This document shows positions 8,401 to 17,500 of a stretch of DNA of 45,504 nucleotides, piece by piece. The stretch lies in the NCBI GenBank assembly GCA_031553415.1, contig JAVBLO010000087.1, forward strand, positions 1 through 45,504, written 5' to 3'. The notes below the pieces were generated by a model. The model was not told the origin of the DNA and did no database searches. It worked only from the letters and a program-made list of their open reading frames with translations. The translations under genes were made by a program, and so were the position numbers. Position 1 is the first letter of the stretch. Each line of letters starts with the position of its first letter. This DNA comes from Bacteroidales bacterium (GTDB lineage Bacteria > Bacteroidota > Bacteroidia > Bacteroidales > Azobacteroidaceae).

Positions 8401-9519
8401 TTAATGTATTTTCAAGATTTTCGCCCCGACAGGATAGTCATCGAACCACATATTGAGGACATATTCGCCCGGAATAAATGGGGACATGGGGATTGACAGG
8501 TGATGGACGCCCGCAGCCAGGGCTCCGTAACTCCGTTGCCACAAAATCTTTCCCATCCGGTCACCCAACTGCATCCTGACCTGCCCGGTTCCAGGCATGT
8601 AAATCTCCGCTTCAAGGTTCGTGACCACGGGATTGGGATAGAAATTATATGTCAGGCCAGCCCAGGGACCTTCCGCACCGCTTACCCCCAAGGAAGGGTC
8701 TTCCCGGACAGACAGGTTTTCGACGTCTTCCACCGGGTAAACATGTTTCTTTGGTGGATAAAAGAAGGAGACTTCCTCAGGAAGAACAGTCTCATCATAT
8801 TGTGTCGTGGTGTTGCGTACGGTCTCAAAAATGGGGTAGCGGTATCCTTTTGCATACCAGCGGTATGTTTCGGTTTCATGTATCGGTAAGAGGGATAAGG
8901 CCCTGTCGATACTGTCGGAAGAAACAATGCTGTCAACCGTATCCCGACCGGCAAATGTGATGGGTCGTGACGTATCGGCCGTTTTCACGACAGTTCGCAC
9001 CCGTATCACGTGATGCAAGGTGTCCTTACCGGGAAGGATAAGCATCCCGAGTGCATCGGCATGGAAGGATAAAGTTCCCATTGAAGTGGTTTTTAACCGG
9101 TCGCAATATTTCCCCTTACCGGAAAAATAGCCATGTCCATAATCGCCATAACGGACAGGAAATTTCATTAACAACGCAGGTTGCCGGTATCTGAGCAATG
9201 TGGAGGCATTCTCAAATCCCCAGAATAACAGGGAATCTCCCGACAGGCAATAGTAATAGGAAGTTTCCCTTTCGGTTCCCACAACCAAAGAATCGTTTAA
9301 TGCATGGTAAGTGAGTTTGTACTCTTCTTCGGTTACCTTCAGCCGGCTGAAGTCCCAAAGTACATTCTCTCCCGAACGGCCGGGATCTTTGTACTCTACC
9401 TGTTGCCTGGTGATTTCATCACCTGCCCGGTACATGTTGTGCTTGTTTTGCAAGCTGTGTTGGGCAAACAAAGGAAATAACCCGGCAATGGAAAGGAATA
9501 ACGTGAGTTTTGTTTTCAT
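8401..9519 (-). CDS. secreted protein with T9SS C-terminal sorting domain, first gene of the Rhs operon-like array
   Basis: 372 aa. Signal peptide MKTKLTLFLSIAGLFPLFAQ. The C-terminal ~80 aa, ...FYPNPVVTNLEAEIYMPGTGQVRMQLGDRMGKILWQ...PGEYVLNMWFDDYPVGAKILKIH, fit the Por/T9SS CTD pattern (YPNP ... GxYxL ... KIxK). The N-terminal domain is unrecognised. Confidence 0.7.
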   Translation of the reverse strand: MKTKLTLFLSIAGLFPLFAQHSLQNKHNMYRAGDEITRQQVEYKDPGRSGENVLWDFSRLKVTEEEYKLTYHALNDSLVVGTERETSYYYCLSGDSLLFWGFENASTLLRYRQPALLMKFPVRYGDYGHGYFSGKGKYCDRLKTTSMGTLSFHADALGMLILPGKDTLHHVIRVRTVVKTADTSRPITFAGRDTVDSIVSSDSIDRALSLLPIHETETYRWYAKGYRYPIFETVRNTTTQYDETVLPEEVSFFYPPKKHVYPVEDVENLSVREDPSLGVSGAEGPWAGLTYNFYPNPVVTNLEAEIYMPGTGQVRMQLGDRMGKILWQRSYGALAAGVHHLSIPMSPFIPGEYVLNMWFDDYPVGAKILKIH

Positions 9520-9720
9520 AACACCATCTTAAAATTAAATAATAGTTTTATAAATTAACGTGAAACAGGTATTTTTTAATAAAAACAAAGAAAACTCACA
9601 ATTGTTTAATAAAAATATATGTTATTTAGCATAAAAATGAAAAAATGACTATCCTGTGATTATGGGTACGGAGGCAGTCATAACGTTTCTTAGGAAGCGA
9701 TGAGCCCCTGTTCGCCGCAG

Positions 9721-9894
9721 TCTGCTGTGCGTTGCGCTCGGCAAAAGCTCTGCTTTTGTCGTTGTTAAAAGTAAATCTCCTGATTTACATACCTGTTGAA
9801 GCAGAGCTTCACTTCTAACTCGACATAGTGAAAGACATTATGCCGAACGCTATACTATCAGACTATGCTCAACAGGGGGTTACTGTAATAAATG
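9721..9894. repeat. 175-bp structured repeat, copy B
   Basis: Direct repeat of 201-375. It is preceded at about 9650-9720 by a degenerate remnant of the same rhs-core sequence that precedes copy A (gtcataacg...gcccc). The outer stem is conserved, with compensatory changes relative to copy A. Confidence 0.8.
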
Positions 9895-10015
9895 AAAAGA
9901 TACTTTTTGTTTTTATAAACCAAAATATTAAGATTAATAATTATATTGCAAAATATTCGATTTGGGGATGATTTGAATGTTTTGCTGCGCCCAGCGGGTG
10001 CTTCCTATGTAAGCA

Positions 10016-10519
10016 GTGGCTTTAAGCCACTGTATTACAAGTATGGCATCCCACTTAAGAAAAAGGTCAGATGCTAATACTTATGCCAAACAATACAGGA
10101 CATCAAGATCTGATTGTAAAAACTGCAAATTGCGACAAGAATGCATAGGAAAACGTGTCCATAAGTCTCTGGAAGACACTTTGGATAAACCTTATTATGA
10201 GAGAATGTACAAAAGGGTTAATACAAAGACGGGAGCAAAGATGATGAGAGTAAGGGCAGCTACAGTGGAACCGGTATTAGGAACATTACTCCATTTTGTT
10301 GGAATGAAGAAAGTTTATACCAAAGGGATTGATTTGGCGAACAAACATGTTCTGTTGGCTTCTACTGCTTATAATGTCAAGAAACTATTAAAGTTCAAGG
10401 GAATAGACAGTGGGATTAAATCAGTACTGAATGCTTGTATTAAAGGTAAAGATGGAATTCTTATCGTTATCACAGACTTAGCTGAACGGGGGAACTACAA
10501 TCTCACTGTTTATAATGAA
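10016..10519 (+). mobile_element. IS1182/IS5-like transposase, 5'-truncated C-terminal remnant
   Basis: The ORF (193 aa as listed) has the CKNCKLRQEC Cys motif and ...TVEPVLGTLLHFVGMKKVYTKGIDLANKHVLLASTAYNVKKLLKF, typical of the C-terminus of IS1182-family DDE transposases. The N-terminal ~250 aa, including the catalytic region, are absent. It is immediately right of repeat copy B. Confidence 0.6.
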
Positions 10520-10592
10520 GTCGGGGTACAAAGGTCTTGTAGTCGGAGTACAAAACATATGTACTCCGACTACAAGACCTTTGTACCCCGAC
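10520..10592. repeat. perfect palindrome: 32-bp arms (GTCGGGGTACAAAGGTCTTGTAGTCGGAGTAC) with a ~9-nt loop, at the 3' end of the transposase remnant
   Basis: Direct inspection: 10520-10551 is the exact reverse complement of 10561-10592. The listed ORF reads through it, which is probably artefactual. Confidence 0.85.
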
Positions 10593-10745
10593 TATAGAAA
10601 TTAAATGCTCTTAGCATCTGCTTCAAAAAGTAACTGATTCGGTTTTGTAAGACATAGAAATTATCAATTAACTTTGTAACCTGAATTTACTTTCCTGTGT
10701 CATATCTGTACAAACTAATTATTAACATTTTTATAAATACAGATT

Positions 10746-11135
10746 ATGGAACAGTTTTTTGATTCATTGGTACCTATTTTGGGAATTCTTTGTGCAGTAG
10801 CTCTACCGATTGCAGGTGGAATTTTTTTGGCTACAAAAAATATCGTAAATAAACACAACGAAAAAATGAAAATGATTGAGGCCGGACTTATTCCTCAGGA
10901 ATTGCCAAAAGAAGTAAGTAAAACTGCTACTTTGCGCAATGGGATGCTGATGTTGGGATTAGGTATTGGTGCAATCCTTGGTTTTTTCCTGGGAGAATGG
11001 CTCGGATATGAAAAGCTTACATTTGCTTTAATGGTTTGCTTATCTGCTTTGACACTGGGAGGATTGGCGTTGTGCCTTTGTTATGTATTTCTTTATCGTT
11101 CGAATAAAGACGAAAATACAGACATTGACGAATAA
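10746..11135 (+). CDS. small membrane protein (unknown function) upstream of the ECF sigma factor
   Basis: 129 aa with two or three hydrophobic helices. Its stop is 15 bp upstream of the sigma factor gene. Confidence 0.5.
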   Translation: MEQFFDSLVPILGILCAVALPIAGGIFLATKNIVNKHNEKMKMIEAGLIPQELPKEVSKTATLRNGMLMLGLGIGAILGFFLGEWLGYEKLTFALMVCLSALTLGGLALCLCYVFLYRSNKDENTDIDE

Positions 11136-11150
11136 TCCTTTTCAAATGAA

Positions 11151-11714
11151 ATGGAACAACAAATTATAGCATCTGTTCTCAACGGTAATACGAATGCGTT
11201 TGCAAAGCTTATAGAAAAGTATGCCGATATGGTTTTTTCCATTGCTTACCGTATATTACGTAATACGGAAGATGCGGAAGAAGTCGCTCAGGATGCATTT
11301 TTAAAAGCGTTCAATGCATTGAAATATTTCAGGAATGATTCTAAATTTTCGACCTGGCTTTATCAAATTGTGTATAATACTGCAATTAACAGGGCCCGTA
11401 CACAATTCAAAGAAACATCTTATGAAAATTATAACCATATAAATGAATCGGATTTTGAAGTATATTCATCGGAATTGGTTAATCTGGAGTCTCAGGACAG
11501 AAGAATTATTATTGAAAAAATGTTATCACAAATGTCTCCTGACGAAAGCCTTTCATTAACGCTTTATTATCTGGAAGAATGTTCGATAGAAGAGATTGCC
11601 AGTATTACCGGATGGCGTGAGTCAAATGTAAAAGTAAAACTTTTCCGTTCCCGGAAAAAATTTTACGAATTATTGAAAGATTATATGAAAACAGAAATCG
11701 ACATTTTGCTATGA
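11151..11714 (+). CDS. RNA polymerase ECF-type sigma-70 factor
   Basis: 187 aa. Region 2 (FAKLIEKYADMVFSIAYRILRNTEDAEEVAQDAFLKAF, STWLYQIVYNTAINRAR) and region 4 (LTLYYLEECSIEEIASITGWRESNVKVKLFRSRKK) are typical of ECF sigma factors. Confidence 0.88.
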   Translation: MEQQIIASVLNGNTNAFAKLIEKYADMVFSIAYRILRNTEDAEEVAQDAFLKAFNALKYFRNDSKFSTWLYQIVYNTAINRARTQFKETSYENYNHINESDFEVYSSELVNLESQDRRIIIEKMLSQMSPDESLSLTLYYLEECSIEEIASITGWRESNVKVKLFRSRKKFYELLKDYMKTEIDILL

Positions 11715-12079
11715 ATATAAAAGAGATAGATGAAGAAAAATTATTAAAAGGATTTTTGAAGGAAACTTGTCTTAAAGCCCCGGAAAATCTTTCTAAAAAT
11801 GTGATACAAATGATTGCGTTACAAGAAAAAGCTAAAGCGGGAGCCAAGCTACGGAGAGGACGACTGAAAAAAGAGGCTTTGCGGGGAGCCTGTTTCTTTT
11901 TATGTGTTTTTATTGTTGGTTTCCTTTTTCTGTTCTTTACTAAGGATGCATCATTCCGGATATCTCCTTCTCATGAACATGAGTCGTTATTCCTGATTCT
12001 ATTTGTTGTATCCGGAATTGCAGCCTCTTATTTTTTCCTGAAAGAACTTCTGAACCGTTTATTGCTAAGGAAACTATAA
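11711..12079 (+). CDS. putative anti-sigma factor (single-pass membrane protein)
   Basis: Start overlaps the sigma stop (ATGA). 122 aa with a cytoplasmic N-terminal part followed by TM segments, the classic ECF sigma / anti-sigma arrangement. Confidence 0.5.
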   Translation: MNIKEIDEEKLLKGFLKETCLKAPENLSKNVIQMIALQEKAKAGAKLRRGRLKKEALRGACFFLCVFIVGFLFLFFTKDASFRISPSHEHESLFLILFVVSGIAASYFFLKELLNRLLLRKL

Positions 12080-12100
12080 AAACTGCAAATACACTATAAT

Positions 12101-12193
12101 GGCACCCTTCACGCTACTAAGGAGGCGACGGCTTCGCCTCTAAGGAAGCGTGACCAACCTCCTTGAGGCTGGCCCTTCACTTCCTTGAAGCTC
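12101..12193. terminator. GC-rich nested-hairpin element between convergent genes (probable bidirectional terminator)
   Basis: Hairpins seen include GAGGCGA-cggct-TCGCCTC, CTTCACGCT...AGCGTGA and TAAGGAGG...CCTCCTT. Short internal direct repeats (CCCTTCAC x2, TAAGGAGG / TAAGGAAG). It lies between the anti-sigma stop (12079) and the hcp stop (12194-12196). Confidence 0.4.
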
Positions 12194-13822
12194 TTAAATT
12201 ACACCGCCAATACCAAAATTTTCAACCAGTACATTGGTCACATTAGGGGATAGGAAAGCGGGAAGTGTTGGCCCCAGGTGAATATTTTTAACGCCCAGAC
12301 TCAGTAATGCCAACAACACAATCACCGCTTTTTGTTCATACCAGGCAATGTTGTAAATAATCGGAAGGTCGTTCACATTTTCCAATCCGAAAGCATCTTT
12401 GAGAGCCAGTGCAATTACTACCAGCGAATAACTGTCATTACATTGTCCGGCATCCAACACACGGGGAATGCCACCGATATCTCCCAATGGAAGCTTATTG
12501 TAGCGGTATTTGGCACAACCTGCCGTAAGGATAACATTATCCTGTGGCAATGCAGAAGCAAAATCCGTGTAGTATTCACGCGATTTCATCCGGCCATCGC
12601 AACCTGCCATTACAACAAACTGTTTGATAGCGCCCGATTTTACTGCATCAACCACCTTATCAGCCAATGCTAAAACCTGGTTATGGGCAAATCCGCCGAC
12701 AATTTCTCCTTTTTCAATTTCTTTCGGGGGCTGACATGTTTTTGCATGTTCGATTAATGCTGAAAAATCTTTTGCCTTTCCGTCTTTGCGGGCGGGAACA
12801 TGTTTGGCCCCCGGAAGTCCTGCCGAACCGGTCGTGTAAACCCGGTCGGTATAAGTAGCCGTTTTCAAAGGAGGAACAATACAGTTGGTGGTAAAAAGAA
12901 TTACGCCATTAAAACTTTCAAATTCTTCACGTTGCTTCCACCAGGCATTTCCGTAGTTACCAACAAAATGCGGATATTTTTTGAATGCAGGATAATAGTT
13001 GGCAGGCAACATTTCGCTGTGTGTATAAACATCAACTCCGGTTCCGGCAGTCTGTTCAAGCAACTCCTGCATGTCTTTCAAATCATGTCCGCTGATAAGT
13101 ATACCCGGATTCTTGCCTACTCCGATGTTTACTTTGGTAATTTCAGGATTTCCAAAGGAAGAAGTATTGGCTTTATCGAGCAATGCCATTGCTTTTACAC
13201 CGCATTCACCTACGCCCAGGGTAAGTGAAACAAGTTCATCGACAGAAATATCTTTCCGGCTGACTGCAGACAATGCGTTTTCAATCATGGCGTAAATATC
13301 ATTGTCTTCATAACCCAGGTTCAATGCATGTTCCGCATAAGCCGCTGCACCCTTGATACCATAAATAAGCAATTGCTTCAATGAACGGATATCTTCGTTG
13401 GTTTCAGCTAATACACCTAACTCAACAGATTTTTTTCCATAATCAGAAGGTTGAACAGAGAAATTCACCTCATCCTGTTCCGGCAATATGATACCATGCT
13501 TTTTTGCTATCCCAACTAATTCGTTTTTAACAACAAATGCTTTTCCAATGCGTTCTGTAATGGCGCTGTCATCAAAATTGGCATTGGTGATGGTACAAAA
13601 AAGCGCATCTAATACCTGACGGCTTGCACTGACATCGGCCAATCCCTTTTCACGTAAAGCATCATTTACAATTGCTTCTCCCCGGACTACATACAATAAT
13701 AAATCCATCAAAGCTGAAGTTTGCGGTTCTTTTCCACAAATCCCCTTGATAGTGCAACCTTTTCCCTGGGCTGCTTCCTGACATTGATAACAAAACATTT
13801 CCATAACTTTACATTTATGCAT
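12194..13822 (-). CDS. hcp: hydroxylamine reductase / hybrid-cluster protein
   Basis: Hallmark N-terminus [23 protein letters not shown], about 540 aa. The true start is probably the MEM/MF a few codons inside the listed ORF (about 13798-13804). Confidence 0.9.
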   Translation of the reverse strand: MHKCKVMEMFCYQCQEAAQGKGCTIKGICGKEPQTSALMDLLLYVVRGEAIVNDALREKGLADVSASRQVLDALFCTITNANFDDSAITERIGKAFVVKNELVGIAKKHGIILPEQDEVNFSVQPSDYGKKSVELGVLAETNEDIRSLKQLLIYGIKGAAAYAEHALNLGYEDNDIYAMIENALSAVSRKDISVDELVSLTLGVGECGVKAMALLDKANTSSFGNPEITKVNIGVGKNPGILISGHDLKDMQELLEQTAGTGVDVYTHSEMLPANYYPAFKKYPHFVGNYGNAWWKQREEFESFNGVILFTTNCIVPPLKTATYTDRVYTTGSAGLPGAKHVPARKDGKAKDFSALIEHAKTCQPPKEIEKGEIVGGFAHNQVLALADKVVDAVKSGAIKQFVVMAGCDGRMKSREYYTDFASALPQDNVILTAGCAKYRYNKLPLGDIGGIPRVLDAGQCNDSYSLVVIALALKDAFGLENVNDLPIIYNIAWYEQKAVIVLLALLSLGVKNIHLGPTLPAFLSPNVTNVLVENFGIGGVI

Positions 13823-14041
13823 TTTAGATTGTAAACTTTATTCTTTACTATTTTCATTGCAAAAATAGGATGGGTTTACATTCTAATTTGTCACAAATGT
13901 TACATTGTGAAAATTATTTGTTTGTTATAAAGTATTTCGGCAATTAACGTTTTATCACGACATGGCTCTTTATATATTCATTCGCTTTTATCACCAACAC
14001 ATAAATGCCTATTGGAAAAGAAGATAAATCTGATATGATCT

Positions 14042-15106
14042 CTATTTGAGTTTCAAATCATTAAAAATATCTCTTGCTGCTGCAAAGTTATCATAAAGAT
14101 CCATTAAAGCATCGCCTGATGTAAGCGAAGATTTACCTAAAGTAAGGAAACCTTCGGGCATCGCAACGGAAAAGAAAAAGCGATCAGCATTGAATGAAAG
14201 CATGATATCGCGGTTGTATTTCTTTTTTAATTCTGTCATCCGGAGCATCATCGCCGGGGTAAGAATGTAGCGGGCAGTAATTTCATCGCTGGAATAAACG
14301 GCAAAATACCGTTCAAACTCTATATCTTCGAGTTTGACTAATTTATTACCATTCACATTTTTCAAACCCTGGATATTTTTGGCAAGATAATCAAGTTTGC
14401 TTTCCAAATGGTCGGGTAAAATAACCACAGTACCATTGATTTTCTTTTCCAATTGGGCATCTGCAAACATTCCACGGAAATCAGTTGCAATATTTTCCAC
14501 ACGTTTGGCAAATACTCCCTTGAAAAGAATTACTGCTATCTGAAACATGCCTGCTGTAGATGTTTGAGCCAGCCAGTTGCTTTTGGTTCCGCTTATGGAG
14601 ACGTCGCGGAAAGTCATTTTCCGGTTATTGTTTTCAAAAATAACTGTTCCGAAAGAATATCCTGAAGCGTATTCACGTTTCAATCCTCCGAAAAAGTTAC
14701 TTTGCATCATCAGTGACGTGGAGAAAGGAGCAGTAGTAAGATTACATTTGGCTTCGGGAAACATGGCCTGCATGATTCGCCGGATAGAAGTTTGCTCCGC
14801 ATCGGTGTATTTTTTATAAAAGTAACCCAATCCATATCCACCAAGGGTTATCAATATAAACAATGGGGCGATGATAATAAGCATTTTATACCTTTCCCAA
14901 AAAGAGGGATTGGGGTCTAAAGTATAAAAAAACGAAGTATCCCGGCTTGAATATATATAAACCTGCATTGCAATTAATCCAACAAAATAGAGTATTGCTC
15001 CGCCGTAGCAAAAAATCCGGGAAATCCTGATTTTTTTCTGGTTCTGTTCGGCTTTTTTCAATGTGGAATAAAGCTCTTGTTGCAGTTGCTCTATTTTTTC
15101 AGTCAT
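14042..15106 (-). CDS. LemA-associated membrane protein (DUF3137-like; two N-terminal TM helices)
   Basis: 354 aa. Starts 2 bp after the lemA stop. N-terminal coiled-coil plus two TM helices. The DUF3137 family assignment is from memory of typical LemA neighbours, not from a search. Confidence 0.45.
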   Translation of the reverse strand: MTEKIEQLQQELYSTLKKAEQNQKKIRISRIFCYGGAILYFVGLIAMQVYIYSSRDTSFFYTLDPNPSFWERYKMLIIIAPLFILITLGGYGLGYFYKKYTDAEQTSIRRIMQAMFPEAKCNLTTAPFSTSLMMQSNFFGGLKREYASGYSFGTVIFENNNRKMTFRDVSISGTKSNWLAQTSTAGMFQIAVILFKGVFAKRVENIATDFRGMFADAQLEKKINGTVVILPDHLESKLDYLAKNIQGLKNVNGNKLVKLEDIEFERYFAVYSSDEITARYILTPAMMLRMTELKKKYNRDIMLSFNADRFFFSVAMPEGFLTLGKSSLTSGDALMDLYDNFAAARDIFNDLKLK

Positions 15107-15108
15107 AG

Positions 15109-15702
15109 TTATCTATTGAACAGCGACTTGACATCAACATTAGCTTTTTCGGCTTCAGGAATGGTAATTAACTCATAAGGCTGATAATGCTTTGCGGAAG
15201 CAACAATAGAAGACGGAAACATTTGTACATAATTGTTAAAGTCCACTGCAGCAGCATTGAAAGTCCGCCGTGCTGCTTGCAACTGGTATTCCATATCTTC
15301 AATGGATTCTTCGAGACGGAGGAATTGGTCGTTGGCTTTCAGGTCAGGATAGTTTTCAACCGCTAATTTCACATTGGCAAGTGTCCGGGAAAGTTCAGAA
15401 CCTAATTGAATTTGTTCATGTTCATTTTTTGTTTGTAACATCTGGGAGCGCAATTCTGTAATTTTAACAAGTGTGGAGTTTTCATGTCCCATGTAGGTCT
15501 GCACTGCCGCCACCAAATTGGGAATCATGTCGTTCCGTTGTTTCAACATCACACAAATGCTGCTTTCAGTCTGTTTTACACGGTTGTTTTTAGCAATAAA
15601 TTTGTTGTAGGTAACGATAAACCAAAGTACGATAATAACGATTACCGCTGCGATAATAACTGTGCCTGTCATAAATAATATGTGTGTTATTTTGTTTGGC
15701 AC
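15109..15702 (-). CDS. lemA: LemA family protein
   Basis: 197 aa. N-terminal TM helix followed by the LemA-type sequence ...YNKFIAKNNRVKQTESSICVMLKQRNDMIPNLVAAVQTYMGHE... Confidence 0.8.
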   Translation of the reverse strand: MPNKITHILFMTGTVIIAAVIVIIVLWFIVTYNKFIAKNNRVKQTESSICVMLKQRNDMIPNLVAAVQTYMGHENSTLVKITELRSQMLQTKNEHEQIQLGSELSRTLANVKLAVENYPDLKANDQFLRLEESIEDMEYQLQAARRTFNAAAVDFNNYVQMFPSSIVASAKHYQPYELITIPEAEKANVDVKSLFNR

Positions 15703-15891
15703 AAAGATAGAAATACTTCATTTATATTCCAAACCTGTAGCCAATTCCCGGTTCGGTAATTAATAATGTCAGTGGGCAAACAGAGCCGATAATAGAGCGA
15801 ATATAGCCAGGAGCTACATAAAGGACCCATACATTGAGGCTTTTATGCGAATCTTTAGGTAAAATATTCAACCTGGACAGAATTTTGCCAT

Positions 15892-16836
15892 TTATGCCTT
15901 TTTACCCAAATTCCTTTGATGTTTCCAGAGTTGGTAAGAATTGACCAGATTTTGCCAGACAACATAAGTTGCAGGAGCTATAGCCACAAGCGGACTAAAA
16001 AAGGTATTGGCCATCCAGATAGCAAGGATGGTATTTTTTTGTCCGAGCCCCTGGCCTCCAACTATTTTATCTTTAAATCTTTTTCCTAAAATCCACCCGG
16101 TAAAAAATTGAAGCCAGCAAATGAAGCCAGCTCCCAATGCAATCCAAAGAATATGCATTGCAAGCCCTTGGTCTTCTTTTATTATTTCTATCAATTTTGT
16201 AGTGGTATTCGCCATGACGATAGTTAGAGCAATAGCCCATATCCAAAAAGAATATATTTGCTTGTTACGCAGTTGACTGTGCACTTTAGGTGTTGCTTTT
16301 TTCAAAATAAAAGCCAGGATAAAAGGCCCAAGCAACATAGGCATCACCTTGAGGCAAATAGTCAGAAATGTTTCGATGAAATTTAAATCTTCCCCTGTAG
16401 ATAATCCATGAGCGCCAATGGCAGAAAAAACACAAGGAGCAACGAAAGCCACAGATAGATTACTCAAAATGCTATATGTAGCCATGCCGGCAATGTTGCC
16501 GCCTAAAAGTCCTGTAATAACCACTGATGAGGTAGCTGTAGATGCCAGGATACAAAGCATACATCCTTCTGCCAGATCAGAACTGAAAGGTTTGAGTATA
16601 AAATAAACTAATAAACAGCCGATAAGTTGTACAACACCTAACCATAGATGAAGGGGTTCCGGCCAGAGATCACTTATAGATACCCTGCAATAGGTAATCA
16701 GAAGCATGAAGAAAAGAAGATATGGCGTAATAAAAAATATCTGCGAGATGAAACTATGGAAAATAATACCCACAATCATGCAGATAAAAAGCGCATTTGT
16801 TTTTAAGAATTTCAGGATGTTATTAACCTTGAACAT
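15892..16836 (-). CDS. polytopic membrane transporter, probably bile acid:Na+ symporter (BASS)-like
   Basis: 314 aa with about 9-10 TM helices. Size and topology fit the BASS family. Family assignment is weak. Confidence 0.45.
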   Translation of the reverse strand: MFKVNNILKFLKTNALFICMIVGIIFHSFISQIFFITPYLLFFMLLITYCRVSISDLWPEPLHLWLGVVQLIGCLLVYFILKPFSSDLAEGCMLCILASTATSSVVITGLLGGNIAGMATYSILSNLSVAFVAPCVFSAIGAHGLSTGEDLNFIETFLTICLKVMPMLLGPFILAFILKKATPKVHSQLRNKQIYSFWIWAIALTIVMANTTTKLIEIIKEDQGLAMHILWIALGAGFICWLQFFTGWILGKRFKDKIVGGQGLGQKNTILAIWMANTFFSPLVAIAPATYVVWQNLVNSYQLWKHQRNLGKKA

Positions 16837-16896
16837 TTTGCTTCCATCAAATTTGGCGCAAAGGTAGTTCTTTTAGGCGGATTTATTAATCATTAA

Positions 16897-17487
16897 TCAA
16901 TTTTTCCATAACCTTGTTTCTGTTTCATGCAAATGCAGGCGATATTTATGATAAAACGGTTCTATATAATGATAAAAGCCGGAATTAGGCCCGACTCCTT
17001 CTATAAATTCCAGGAAACCATCATTTCTGTCGTACATTAGTTCTAACCTGACATGCTTCCGGCCGTCTTCATAGTATATGGAGTCGACTAATGAAAAATA
17101 ACCCTTTTTATCTTTTTGCATCCCTTCATAATACTTGAAATATACCCAGTCGGGAAATCTGAAAACATCGCCTTCTTCCAAACTCATGTCAGAAATCAGG
17201 TATTCGTTTTCCATGTTATTGTCAAGAAGAAACAATTGTCCTTTATCCCTGTCTTCCCTCATATAAAAGAAGTAATTCCGGTCAAGGGCAATTTTTTTAT
17301 ACCACTTATCATTGATTTTAACCGGAGAATCCCCGATATTTATCACACCGTCTTTTTCGAAGTCGGCAATTTCGTAATGCACATGCCATTTGGTGTATCT
17401 TTCCCCAAAATAAGAGCAATAATTTTTTTGTGCGTGTGCGCCTTGCAAAAATATAATTGCAAGGCTTATTAATAAAATTTTTTGCAT
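16897..17487 (-). CDS. secreted hypothetical protein
   Basis: 196 aa. Signal peptide MQKILLISLAIIFLQGAHAQ. No recognisable domain. Confidence 0.5.
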   Translation of the reverse strand: MQKILLISLAIIFLQGAHAQKNYCSYFGERYTKWHVHYEIADFEKDGVINIGDSPVKINDKWYKKIALDRNYFFYMREDRDKGQLFLLDNNMENEYLISDMSLEEGDVFRFPDWVYFKYYEGMQKDKKGYFSLVDSIYYEDGRKHVRLELMYDRNDGFLEFIEGVGPNSGFYHYIEPFYHKYRLHLHETETRLWKN

Positions 17488-17500
17488 GGTGAAAATTAGT

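Noticed and set aside
17116-17472. 118-aa plus-strand ORF antisense to the secreted 196-aa gene
   Set aside because: It fully overlaps a minus-strand ORF that has a clean signal peptide and sits in a co-directional array. The plus-strand product is a hydrophobic low-complexity sequence.
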